DNA from: Flavobacteriales bacterium
Lineage (GTDB): Bacteria; Bacteroidota; Bacteroidia; Flavobacteriales_G; Salibacteraceae
Assembly (NCBI GenBank): GCA_013204105.1
Contig: JABMOM010000002.1
Coordinates: 562-64,561, forward strand
Reading direction: 5' to 3'
Length of the DNA: 64,000 nucleotides
Shown piece by piece: positions 47,972 to 56,870 of the stretch. The position numbers were made by a program, and so were the translations under genes. Each line of letters starts with the position of its first letter. The first letter of the stretch is position 1. Under the pieces are notes generated by a model. The model had not been told where the DNA came from and did not search any database. It was given only the letters and a program-made list of their open reading frames with translations.

Positions 47972-49448
47972 TCAGCCGAACAAAGCATAGCAAATCAAGC
48001 TGATCACCACCACCGAGATCATGTTCATCCAGATTCCCGCGCGGATCATTTCCTTCACACTCACGTATCCGCTCGAATAGACAACGGCATTGGGAGGCGT
48101 TGAGATTGGCATCATGAAGGCGCAGCTCGCTGCAAGGGTCACCGGAACGGTCAGAAGGAGGGCATTCACTTCCAGTTCACCCGCGATTCCGAAGACCACA
48201 GGAAGCAATACGGTTACCAAGGCCACGTTGCTCATCACTTCAGTCAGGAAGAGTGAAACAACCGTCAATCCGACCATAAGCAAGAACACCGAGTCAATGT
48301 CACGGCTCCCAACAAACTCCGCGATCAGTGCGATGATGCCTGCTTTCTCCAGGCCACCGGCAAGACTGAGTCCGCCACCGAACAGGATGAGGATGCCCCA
48401 AGGTAGCTTGCGGGCGTGCTCCCATTTCACCACAAATTCACCTTGCTTTAGGTTGATGGGGGTAACAAACATCAGGATACCGCCGAGCATAGCAATGCTG
48501 GTATTGTTGAGCACGCGCGTTCCGAGTACATCGTTGATCTGAACTGAAAAAACCCAGAGAAACACGGTCAACCCGAAGATGACCAACACGGTCAATTCCG
48601 GCCGCTTCATTTTACCAAGCGCCTTCCATCGTTCGTGCAATAGTTCGCTCACGCCCTCGATACGATCGGAGGATACGATCGGAGGATACGGGATAGATGA
48701 ACTTGATCAGCACTAGGTAGCCGAGTCCAAGCAGCAATGCGCCGATGGGAATACCCACCTTGAGCCAATCTGCAAATTCGAAGTCCACACCAAAGGCATC
48801 GTAATAAAATCCGGCAAAGACCAAGTTGGGCGGTGTCCCAATCAAGGTCACCATCCCACCAATGTTTGCGGCATATGCTATGCCCAACATCAGCAACAAG
48901 GAAATCCGCTTTACCAATGCCTCATCCGTACCTTGTTCTTTCAGCAACTGAATGATGGAAATGGCAATGGGGAGCAACATCACGGCGGTAGCTGTATTTG
49001 AAATCCACATCGCTACGGCCCAGGTGGCCAGCATGAAGCCAAGGACGATACCTGCCGGTTTGGTTCCCGTTAGGCGCAACAAGCCAAAAGCGATCCGTTC
49101 GTGCAGGCGGCGTTCTTCCATGGCAAGGGCCAAGATGAAGCCTCCGAGAAACAGAAAGATGATCGGGTTGGCATAGGGAATGAATGTATCGGGCACGCTC
49201 ATCACGCCGAGCATCGGAAAGAGCACCATTGGAAGCATGGCAGTGACATAGAGTTCTACCGTCTCCAGCACCCACCAAACCAACATCCAAGCGGCGACGC
49301 ATAGCACCTTTGTCTGCAAGGCATCCGCTCCCGGGTCCAAGAGGAAAATTAACAAAGCCAATAGCGGTCCTGCGAAGAGTCCGATCTGTTTGTAGCGCTG
49401 CATTGCGGCTAAGGTAAGTGGGAATCCATAAAGTTGATGGATGCGCAA
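47972..49448 (-). pseudogene. DASS/SLC13-family anion:Na+ symporter, frameshifted by a 13-nt tandem duplication
   Basis: ORFs 48612..49448 and 47972..48652 are the N- and C-halves of one transporter (SNTATAVMLLP... and ...MSNVALVTVLLP / ISTPPNAVV hairpin motifs). Removing one repeat copy fuses them in frame. The likely true start is the Met at 49403. Confidence 0.8.
48659..48690. repeat. perfect 13-nt tandem duplication (tacgatcggagga x2), with 6 nt of extra flanking periodicity
   Basis: 48661-48673 is identical to 48674-48686. The period extends 2 nt to the left and 4 nt to the right. Confidence 0.95.
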
Positions 49449-49527
49449 GGTTTCGATTTTAGAAGCTATCGAGATATAGAGCTCGTCGTCTTAGCCAAAC
49501 GCCAGCAGCATTCATTATCTTCATCGG

Positions 49528-50751
49528 ATGAAACAGCTTTTGTCTTGCCTTCTTGCGACCTTCTCCTTGATCGGGGTGGCTCAAGTCCATTGCGACGGCA
49601 CGAGATACATCGAGCCCGTCTTTGCAAATGTTGATTCAGTGGTTGGTATACAGTTCGGATCAAACACTACGATTGGTGGATTTCAGAAGAATCTACTCAT
49701 GGATATTTACCTTCCTCCTTCTGAGTTCTTCTTTGAGCGCCCGCTCGTTGTTTTCGCTCATGGTGGAAGCTTCATGGTCGGTTCACGCAAAGAAATGCGG
49801 CCACTTTGCATTGCCTTTGCCAAACGGGGTTACATAGTCGCAACCATAGACTACCGGCTATTTGATGCTTTTTCACTACCGCTCGATTCATTGTTGGTGT
49901 TTGATGTTGCGGTAAAAGCCACCATGGACATGAAAGCGGCCATTCGTTGGTTCAGAGAAAACGCAGCGGGAAACAATGACTATGGCATTGATACCCATTT
50001 GATCTTCGCAGGGGGTGTTTCAGCTGGAGCGATTGCAGCCTTGCACACAGGCTTTCTTGACTCAACCGATTTCGTAGGGCATCTAGCATTTGATTCTATA
50101 CTTCAGGAAAATGGAGGCATACACGGCAACTCCTCCAACAACCATCAGTACTCAGATGCTGTGAAAGGCGTGCTCAATTATTCGGGAGCATTGAAGGATG
50201 CGCGTTGGATCGATCCGGGCGAGCCGGTCGTTTTCAGTGTGCACGATGAATTGGATGGTGTCGTTCCCTACCACCGTGACAACAGCGATGCTATGGGCGT
50301 CCCGGTAGAACTCTGGGGAAGCTATGAAGTCGATCAAAAGGCAAGAGCCGCAGGAATTCGTTCTCAACTCGTCACCATCGCTAACAGCACCCAGCACGTA
50401 AGTTACTTCTTGAACGGAACCAATACAGCAGATTACGCACTGGCAATCGACAGTGCTGGCATTTTCATGGAGTATGCCATCTGCGACCGGGCCTTGAGCG
50501 CGAGAGATCATCATAGATTGCCCAAGCCATCAATGCTCTATCCGAATCCAGCAGACAATACACTGCGCATCCGGGATGCTTTTGACGTGGATCAACTTGA
50601 AATCATAGATGCTGCTGGAAGGGTCGTTCAAACCTCTGCCGTGATGTCGTCCTCGAGCATAAATATCTCCAGCCTCCAACGGGGTATATACACCGTTCGG
50701 ATGTTGCATGACAAAGCAGTCATAGGCAGCGAGCAAATCGTCAAGCGATAA
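49528..50751 (+). CDS. alpha/beta-hydrolase (esterase/lipase-like) with T9SS C-terminal sorting domain
   Basis: Signal peptide; oxyanion-hole region VFAHGGSF; nucleophile elbow GGVSAGA (GxSxG). C-terminus LYPNPADNTLRI...GIYTVRMLHDKAVIGSEQIVKR. Confidence 0.75.
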   Translation: MKQLLSCLLATFSLIGVAQVHCDGTRYIEPVFANVDSVVGIQFGSNTTIGGFQKNLLMDIYLPPSEFFFERPLVVFAHGGSFMVGSRKEMRPLCIAFAKRGYIVATIDYRLFDAFSLPLDSLLVFDVAVKATMDMKAAIRWFRENAAGNNDYGIDTHLIFAGGVSAGAIAALHTGFLDSTDFVGHLAFDSILQENGGIHGNSSNNHQYSDAVKGVLNYSGALKDARWIDPGEPVVFSVHDELDGVVPYHRDNSDAMGVPVELWGSYEVDQKARAAGIRSQLVTIANSTQHVSYFLNGTNTADYALAIDSAGIFMEYAICDRALSARDHHRLPKPSMLYPNPADNTLRIRDAFDVDQLEIIDAAGRVVQTSAVMSSSSINISSLQRGIYTVRMLHDKAVIGSEQIVKR

Positions 50752-50885
50752 AAGCGGAAGCCGTAAAAGGGAATGATTAATCCACCCATCCCTGCCTTTG
50801 AAAATGGAGCTTATTCAGGATGCATGACCACAGTCATGTAATAGTCAAGGCAATGGAAGTACCTTGGGCCTCAATAACATAACAC

Positions 50886-52682
50886 ATGCCCACCCCGTAC
50901 AGTCCGCACTCATTTCACATTCCCGTAATGGGGACTGGTTATACCATAGACACACCCTTGAAAGTCGCTCATTTTGGCATCTCATCCGTGGTTTCCATCA
51001 TTGATCACCGCCTGGCTGAGACCATGCGTGAATACCACAGCAGGCGCCTTGATCTTCCTTTCGAAGCAATTTCCGATTCAGATCCAGACAACCGCGCCAA
51101 AAAAATAACGGCTTTTCTAAACTTCATGCACGATGAGGTAAATCGAAACTTCGAACGACTCAAGACTTCCTCATTTTCTGCCGGTTCTGAAATAACCAAG
51201 TACTTCGAAATGCTTCCAGATGCTTCAAACCTAAAAGTCGCGTATGATAGCATGCTTCTATCCGCAGGAGAAGAAAAACTGAGACTGCAAACTTGGTTGA
51301 GGGACCACATCAGTCCAGGAGCGATCGACGTCAACATCATGACCAAGATTGACGGTACGAATTATACCGAAGACAAAGTGGCCCAGGAGTCAGCATTCAA
51401 CGATGCGCACGCAGCCTTGCGCGGATTTGCACTGAGCGAACTCGATTCGTCCGTGGTATTGAGCGCAGGACTCAATCCTCGCTTGTTCGGCTATATGGCG
51501 AGCTTTCGAGATTTCTTTGCCGACGCAACCGGGACATTTAAAAAGAAAATCACCCTGAAGGTCAGCGACTTCCGATCCGCGCTTATTCAAGGGAAATACC
51601 TTGCGAAAAAGGGACTATGGGTAAGCGAATTCCGAGTGGAGTCTGGTTTGAACTGCGGAGGCCACGCCTTTGCATCGGATGGGCATTTAATGGGGCCAAT
51701 ATTGCATGAATTCAAGGAGAGACGCGATGAATTAAAAGCCTCCTTATTCGAACTATACAGCACGGCAATGCTTCAGCTGGGATGGACAGTACCCAGCACA
51801 CTGCTAGAACAAAGATTTTCCGCGCAAGGGGGGGTTGGCAGCATGGAAGAACATCAGCTATTGTTGGAAGAGTATCAGTTGAACTCCATCGGATGGGGGT
51901 CTCCCTTTCTGCTCGTTCCAGAGGCGGTCAACATCGATGCTGAGACGGTAAAAACCCTTTGCGAAGCAACGGAAGATCAATACTACCTCAGTGATGCATC
52001 ACCGCTGGGCGTTCGGTTCAATACGCTACGCACAACGACAGCCCATGAAGAAATCGAAGCCCGCATCGCTGCAGGAAAACCAGGATCCCCCTGTTATAAA
52101 AAACACTTGGTTTCGAATACCGAATTCACCAAGTCCCTGGTATGCACGGCTTCACGCCGTTATCAATCCCGCAAGATCAAAGAGATCAATGAAAGTATGC
52201 CTGAGAGTTCTGAACGCAACAAAGCCATCGGGAAAGTCACCGAAAAGATGTGTTTATGCGTCGGCCTCGGAAACGCTGCATTGATTCGCTCAAACGTCAC
52301 GTTGCATAAGGGCGTGAACGGGGTAGCCATTTGTCCTGGCCCTAATTTGGCCTACTTCTCAAAAGAAGCCTCGCTGCGTGAAATGATCGACCACATCTAC
52401 GGTCGCAGCCAACTCATCGACCAAGCTAAAAGGCCGCACATGTTTGTGAAAGAGTTCAGTATGTACGTCGACTACTACGAAGAGAAAGTGGCGTCTTGCA
52501 AGGAGTATTGCACAGAAAAGCAAGAGGCTTATTTGGATGCATTCCAATCCAACCTGAATGCCTGCGTTGACTACTACGATGCTCTGGCTGGGGAACTCCC
52601 TGCATGGCTCGGCAATGCGGAAGGGAAATTAATGGCGGAAATCTTCCCCCTCCAGGCGCGATTGAACCTTGCAAGGGTTTAA
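50886..52682 (+). CDS. conserved-looking hypothetical protein, 598 aa, no signal peptide
   Basis: Long unambiguous ORF. It has enzyme-like Gly/Cys motifs (HIPVMGTGYTIDTP, VESGLNCGGHAF, KMCLCVGLGNAA, AICPGPN), but I cannot place it in a family. Confidence 0.5.
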   Translation: MPTPYSPHSFHIPVMGTGYTIDTPLKVAHFGISSVVSIIDHRLAETMREYHSRRLDLPFEAISDSDPDNRAKKITAFLNFMHDEVNRNFERLKTSSFSAGSEITKYFEMLPDASNLKVAYDSMLLSAGEEKLRLQTWLRDHISPGAIDVNIMTKIDGTNYTEDKVAQESAFNDAHAALRGFALSELDSSVVLSAGLNPRLFGYMASFRDFFADATGTFKKKITLKVSDFRSALIQGKYLAKKGLWVSEFRVESGLNCGGHAFASDGHLMGPILHEFKERRDELKASLFELYSTAMLQLGWTVPSTLLEQRFSAQGGVGSMEEHQLLLEEYQLNSIGWGSPFLLVPEAVNIDAETVKTLCEATEDQYYLSDASPLGVRFNTLRTTTAHEEIEARIAAGKPGSPCYKKHLVSNTEFTKSLVCTASRRYQSRKIKEINESMPESSERNKAIGKVTEKMCLCVGLGNAALIRSNVTLHKGVNGVAICPGPNLAYFSKEASLREMIDHIYGRSQLIDQAKRPHMFVKEFSMYVDYYEEKVASCKEYCTEKQEAYLDAFQSNLNACVDYYDALAGELPAWLGNAEGKLMAEIFPLQARLNLARV

Positions 52683-52715
52683 AAAGAGTTGTGGACAAAC
52701 GTATCATCCATCAAT

Positions 52716-52746
52716 AAAAAAAGGCCTCCCATGGTGGAAGGCCTTT
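52716..52746. terminator. bidirectional intrinsic terminator
   Basis: aaaggcctccc-atggt-ggaaggccttt hairpin with A7 upstream and TTT downstream, between convergent genes. Confidence 0.7.
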
Positions 52747-52770
52747 CATAAGCGTTGATCGCAATAGCTA

Positions 52771-53400
52771 TCAGTTCTTAGAGAGGTAGTCGGCCACACC
52801 TTCGTGTGTATCCTTCATTCCTTCTGATCCTTTCACCCAGTTGGCTGGACAAACTTCACCGTTTTCTTCGTTGAACTGCAATGCGTCTACAACGCGAATC
52901 GCTTCGTCTACGTTTCTTCCCAATGGAAGGTCGTTCACCAATTGGTGACGCACAACCCCTTCCTTGTCGATCAAGAAGAGACCACGGTAAGCGATCAATT
53001 CGCCTTCTGCCTGAAGCATGCCTTCTTCATCGTAGAAGAAATCGCCAGCGAGAACGTCGTAGTTGTGTGAGATGGTCTTGTTGGTGTCGGCAACCATTGG
53101 ATAGGTGATGCCTTTGATTCCTCCGTGGTCCTTGCTCATTTGAAGCCAGCCCCAGTGGCTTTGCTCTGTGTCTGTGGAGACCGCAATTACTTCCACTCCG
53201 CGCTCCTTGAAATCATTCAATCGCGCCTGAAATGCATGCAGTTCAGTTGGGCAAACGAACGTAAAATCCTTTGGATAGAAAAAGAGGATCACGTACTTAC
53301 CTGCATATTGCTCGAGGGTGAAATCCTCTACGATCTCTCCTCCGTTGATCACCGCTGAAGCGCTGAATCCTGGTGCTTTCTTTCCTACTAATACTCCCAT
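52771..53400 (-). CDS. typical 2-Cys peroxiredoxin (AhpC/Prx1 family)
   Basis: Peroxidatic FTFVCPTEL and resolving GEVCPANW. The Met at 53400 (MGVLVGKKAPGF) is preferred over the track start at 53466. Confidence 0.88.
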   Translation of the reverse strand: MGVLVGKKAPGFSASAVINGGEIVEDFTLEQYAGKYVILFFYPKDFTFVCPTELHAFQARLNDFKERGVEVIAVSTDTEQSHWGWLQMSKDHGGIKGITYPMVADTNKTISHNYDVLAGDFFYDEEGMLQAEGELIAYRGLFLIDKEGVVRHQLVNDLPLGRNVDEAIRVVDALQFNEENGEVCPANWVKGSEGMKDTHEGVADYLSKN

Positions 53401-53452
53401 TTTATTGTACTTTTCTAGTTGTTGATTTGAGTCCACGAAATTACTATACCTG

Positions 53453-53501
53453 CTATCGATAGACAAGCGAAGGAGTATGACTTTTGTCTATGCATGCATA
53501 G
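53453..53501. promoter_or_regulatory. two perfect palindromes with CTAT/ATAG half-sites: CTATCGATAG (53453-53462) and CTATGCATGCATAG (53488-53501)
   Basis: Read directly in the divergent prx / cdaA intergenic region. A near -7 box TAATTTCG (minus strand, 53436-53443) lies 9 nt downstream of the first palindrome. Confidence 0.35.
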
Positions 53502-53555
53502 CCCAACTCAATACCGCACCGTCCGTATTCCAAGACTCATCACAAGCACTTATTA

Positions 53556-54365
53556 TTGCACTGCATGGGAAGCATTGACTTTTTCGGATTCCTGCCCTTT
53601 GGCATCCTCGACCTGATCGACATCCTCTTGGTCAGTTTCCTGCTGTACAAGCTGTATGAACTGATTCGCGGCACCATCGCTATTCGGATCTTTTTTGGCG
53701 TGTTGAGCATCTACTTGCTCTGGCTCACGGTTACTGCACTCGAGATGGAGCTCATGCGTCAGATCTTTCGTCAATTCATCAACGTCGGCGTCATCGCGCT
53801 CATCATCGTGTTTCAGCAAGAAATTCGTCGTTTCTTGCTGGCTATTGGCAATTCAGGATTTTTTAGAAACATCGGAGCGCGCGGCGGGCTGTGGACCTAT
53901 TTGGGTAAATCCGATCAAAAGGTGTCTACCAACCTACACTCCCTTTCCGAAGCCATCTACAACCTCGCGAAACAAAAAATGGGCGCACTCATCGTCATTG
54001 AACGCAACGCAGACCTCCAGTCGATCATCGACAGCGGTCGAAAGATGAATGCCGACATGAATGCGGCGTTGTTGGAGAGTATTTTCTTCAAGAACAGTCC
54101 CTTACACGATGGAGCCGTAGTGATGCGTGCCAATAAGATTGTCGGAGCCAGCTGCATGCTTCCTTTGACCCAAAAGCACAACCTACCATCCGCCTATGGT
54201 ATGCGCCACAAAGCGGCTATCGGCGCCACGGAAGAACTCGATGTCGTGGCCATCATAGTCAGCGAAGAGACCGGCGAGATCAGTGTTGTGCATTCTGGCA
54301 TTGTAGATACGCCGAGCGATAAACTCGCCTTCAGGAATCGTGTACAGGAATTGTTGACGTTGTGA
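53556..54365 (+). CDS. cdaA: diadenylate cyclase (c-di-AMP synthase), membrane-anchored CdaA type
   Basis: Three N-terminal TM segments, then a DisA_N domain: GALIVIERN, PLHDGAVVM, GMRHKAAIG, SEETGEISV. Confidence 0.85.
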   Translation: MHCMGSIDFFGFLPFGILDLIDILLVSFLLYKLYELIRGTIAIRIFFGVLSIYLLWLTVTALEMELMRQIFRQFINVGVIALIIVFQQEIRRFLLAIGNSGFFRNIGARGGLWTYLGKSDQKVSTNLHSLSEAIYNLAKQKMGALIVIERNADLQSIIDSGRKMNADMNAALLESIFFKNSPLHDGAVVMRANKIVGASCMLPLTQKHNLPSAYGMRHKAAIGATEELDVVAIIVSEETGEISVVHSGIVDTPSDKLAFRNRVQELLTL

Positions 54366-54968
54366 TCACTTCGCAGCCGCAGCTGCTGCCTCGTTCTTCT
54401 TCCTAAACTTCTCCAGCATTTCTTCCTCGCTCATGCTCAGGTTTTCAATCGAAGCGCGTGCGTCTGCTGCCAAGCGGTGATTTGGGAACCGTTCCAAAAT
54501 GACTTCGTAGGTTTTAACGGCTTTGGCGTGATCGTTCAGGAAGGTCTCATAGATGAATCCTTTGAACAGCCACATCTCTACGTTCTTGCGAAAAGTGGGG
54601 AAATCGGTATTGAGACGGTTCAAATGGTTGATAGCTCCTTCGTAGCGTCCAATTCCTACGCTCAGGTCAGCTGCCTTGAATAAGTATTCTGCGGTGATTG
54701 AATCACGCGGATTGGCGCCGATGTAATCGCGGTAGCGCTTCAGCAATCGATCTGCTTTTGCATCCAAGACATCCTTGCGCTCACTGCGAATGAGCCCCGA
54801 GATCTCCTGCTCCATCGAAGCGATCTCCGTCTGTCGCTCCTCTTTGGATTGGTCGCCTTTTACATAATTGATTTCTTCTTCGTTCGCATTCTGCTCTTTT
54901 CCATTCTCCCCTGAACATGCCACAACTATGAGCGGCAACGCACAGATCAACATCCATCGTTTCATCAT
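54366..54968 (-). CDS. TPR-like lipoprotein
   Basis: Lipobox LIVVACSG. Helical repeat region with AEYLFKAADLSVGIGRYEGAINHL. Confidence 0.55.
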   Translation of the reverse strand: MMKRWMLICALPLIVVACSGENGKEQNANEEEINYVKGDQSKEERQTEIASMEQEISGLIRSERKDVLDAKADRLLKRYRDYIGANPRDSITAEYLFKAADLSVGIGRYEGAINHLNRLNTDFPTFRKNVEMWLFKGFIYETFLNDHAKAVKTYEVILERFPNHRLAADARASIENLSMSEEEMLEKFRKKNEAAAAAAK

Positions 54969-55550
54969 CTATCTTCTTGCTTTCGGAAATTTCATTTTAT
55001 AGTCCACGTCTACGATCCCTTTCGTAATGTTCTCCAGCCTTTTCCTCAATAATTGCTTGCGCAATGGATTGAGTCGGTCGGTGAAAAGGATGCCATCGAC
55101 ATGGTCGTACTCGTGCTGAATCACACGGGCCATCAATCCTTCGTAGGTCTCTTCCTTCAATTTAAACGCTTCGTCGTAGTATTCAATGGTAATTTTTGGT
55201 TTGCGACTCACGTCTTCACGGATACCGGGAATGCTGAGGCAGCCCTCATTGAAATTCCATTTCTCCCCCTCTTCGTCTAAGATGATCGGATTGATGAAAA
55301 CCTTTCGAAAACCTTTGAGTTCAAGCACCTCTTCATCATCTTCTTCATCGTCCACAAAGGGCGAAGTATCCACAATGAACAGACGGATCGAGAGACCCAC
55401 CTGCGGAGCAGCCAGTCCAACACCTGAAGCCCCCTCCATGGTCTCGAACATGTTTGCAATCAATTCCTTGAGTTTGGGGTAGTCGGCAGAGATATCCGCG
55501 GCTTCCTTTTTCAATATTGGGTCACCGTATGCTACAATCGGTAAGATCAT
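54969..55550 (-). CDS. def: peptide deformylase
   Basis: All three deformylase motifs are present: GVGLAAPQVG, EGCLSIPG and HEYDHVDG. Confidence 0.92.
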   Translation of the reverse strand: MILPIVAYGDPILKKEAADISADYPKLKELIANMFETMEGASGVGLAAPQVGLSIRLFIVDTSPFVDDEEDDEEVLELKGFRKVFINPIILDEEGEKWNFNEGCLSIPGIREDVSRKPKITIEYYDEAFKLKEETYEGLMARVIQHEYDHVDGILFTDRLNPLRKQLLRKRLENITKGIVDVDYKMKFPKARR

Positions 55551-55961
55551 CTAAATCGAATTCAAATATTCCTGCAAAATTAAGGTAGCGCTCACCTTAT
55601 CCACATTACCTTTCTCTTTACGTTGTTTTTTCGTCGCTCCCGCTGCCACCAAGGTCTGCATGGCGATCTTACTCGTAAAGCGTTCATCAAAGCGATGGAT
55701 TCCCACCCCTGGATAGCGTTCCCTGAGCTTAGTGATTGCCTTCTGAATATCACCCTCAACCTCCGACGCTTCCCCAGAATGCCGCAGCGGTAAACCAATC
55801 ACGATGGCATCGAAACCAGGCTCCTTTCGGATGGCATCCAACTGAGCGAATAGCGACTGGGTTTCTGCGGTGGGGAGACCGTTTGCAATCATCCCCAACG
55901 GATCGGAAATGGCCAAGCCACAACGCTTTGTTCCATAGTCGATCGCGAGTGTTCTTCCCAT
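55551..55961 (-). CDS. ruvX: Holliday junction resolvase-like protein RuvX/YqgF
   Basis: LAIDYGTKRCGLAISDPLG N-terminus; 136 aa. Confidence 0.88.
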   Translation of the reverse strand: MGRTLAIDYGTKRCGLAISDPLGMIANGLPTAETQSLFAQLDAIRKEPGFDAIVIGLPLRHSGEASEVEGDIQKAITKLRERYPGVGIHRFDERFTSKIAMQTLVAAGATKKQRKEKGNVDKVSATLILQEYLNSI

Positions 55962-56042
55962 GGAGTCAAAGGTACGTTATGAAAAATTCATAGTATGGCC
56001 AAGGTCAACGCTTACTTTTGCAAGGCATTAGAAACTGAGCAA

Positions 56043-56870
56043 ATGGCCATGAATAGACAAGAAACGGAAGCGGTAATCAATGCGGCTTGGGAAGATCGAA
56101 GCCTTCTCAAGGAATCCAACACTATTGCTGCCATCGAAGCCGTTATCAAGGCACTGGATGAAGGAGAATTGCGCACAGCTGAACCTACCGCCTCTGGTTG
56201 GAAGGTCAACGACTGGGTCAAAAAGGCCGTCATCCTTTACTTCCCCATCCGCAAGATGGAGCAGATCGAAGTGGGACCCTTCGAGTTCCACGATAAAATG
56301 GCCTTGAAAAAGGACTATGCTGCGAAAGGTATCCGTGTCGTCCCTCATGCCATTGCGCGATATGGAGCGTACATCTCACGCGGCGTTGTCATGATGCCGT
56401 CATACATCAATATCGGCGCGTACGTAGACGAAGGCACCATGGTAGATACCTGGGCTACGGTAGGAAGCTGCGCCCAAATTGGCAAGCATGTCCACTTGAG
56501 CGGTGGAGTCGGCATCGGTGGTGTGCTTGAGCCCGTTCAAGCTGCTCCTGTCATCATTGAGGACAATTGCTTCATCGGCTCCCGGTGCATCGTTGTAGAA
56601 GGAGTCAAGGTAGAAAGTGAAGCGGTCTTGGGCGCCAATGTGGTATTGACTATGTCGACCAAGATCATCGATGTGACGGGCGACGAACCCATCGAAATGA
56701 AAGGCCGGGTACCGGCGCGATCTGTTGTCATTCCCGGGAGTTACGCAAAGCAGTTTCCCGCCGGCGAATACAATGTGCCCTGTGCATTGATCATTGGAAA
56801 ACGCAAGGCGAGCACCGATAAGAAAACCTCCCTCAACGACGTCCTCCGAGACTTTCAAGTGGCCGTTTGA
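56043..56870 (+). CDS. dapD: 2,3,4,5-tetrahydropyridine-2,6-dicarboxylate N-succinyltransferase
   Basis: INAAWEDRSLL N-terminal helix region, then left-handed beta-helix hexapeptide repeats. The track start at 55995 is possible, but 56043 or 56049 is more likely. Confidence 0.85.
   Translation: MAMNRQETEAVINAAWEDRSLLKESNTIAAIEAVIKALDEGELRTAEPTASGWKVNDWVKKAVILYFPIRKMEQIEVGPFEFHDKMALKKDYAAKGIRVVPHAIARYGAYISRGVVMMPSYINIGAYVDEGTMVDTWATVGSCAQIGKHVHLSGGVGIGGVLEPVQAAPVIIEDNCFIGSRCIVVEGVKVESEAVLGANVVLTMSTKIIDVTGDEPIEMKGRVPARSVVIPGSYAKQFPAGEYNVPCALIIGKRKASTDKKTSLNDVLRDFQVAV

Noticed and set aside
47764-47988. 74-aa minus-strand ORF overlapping the 54-aa CxxC ORF and the terminator.
   Set aside because: It would have to be translated through the terminator hairpin and overlaps the stop region of the DASS gene. 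The plus-strand small ORF is better supported by the terminator orientation.
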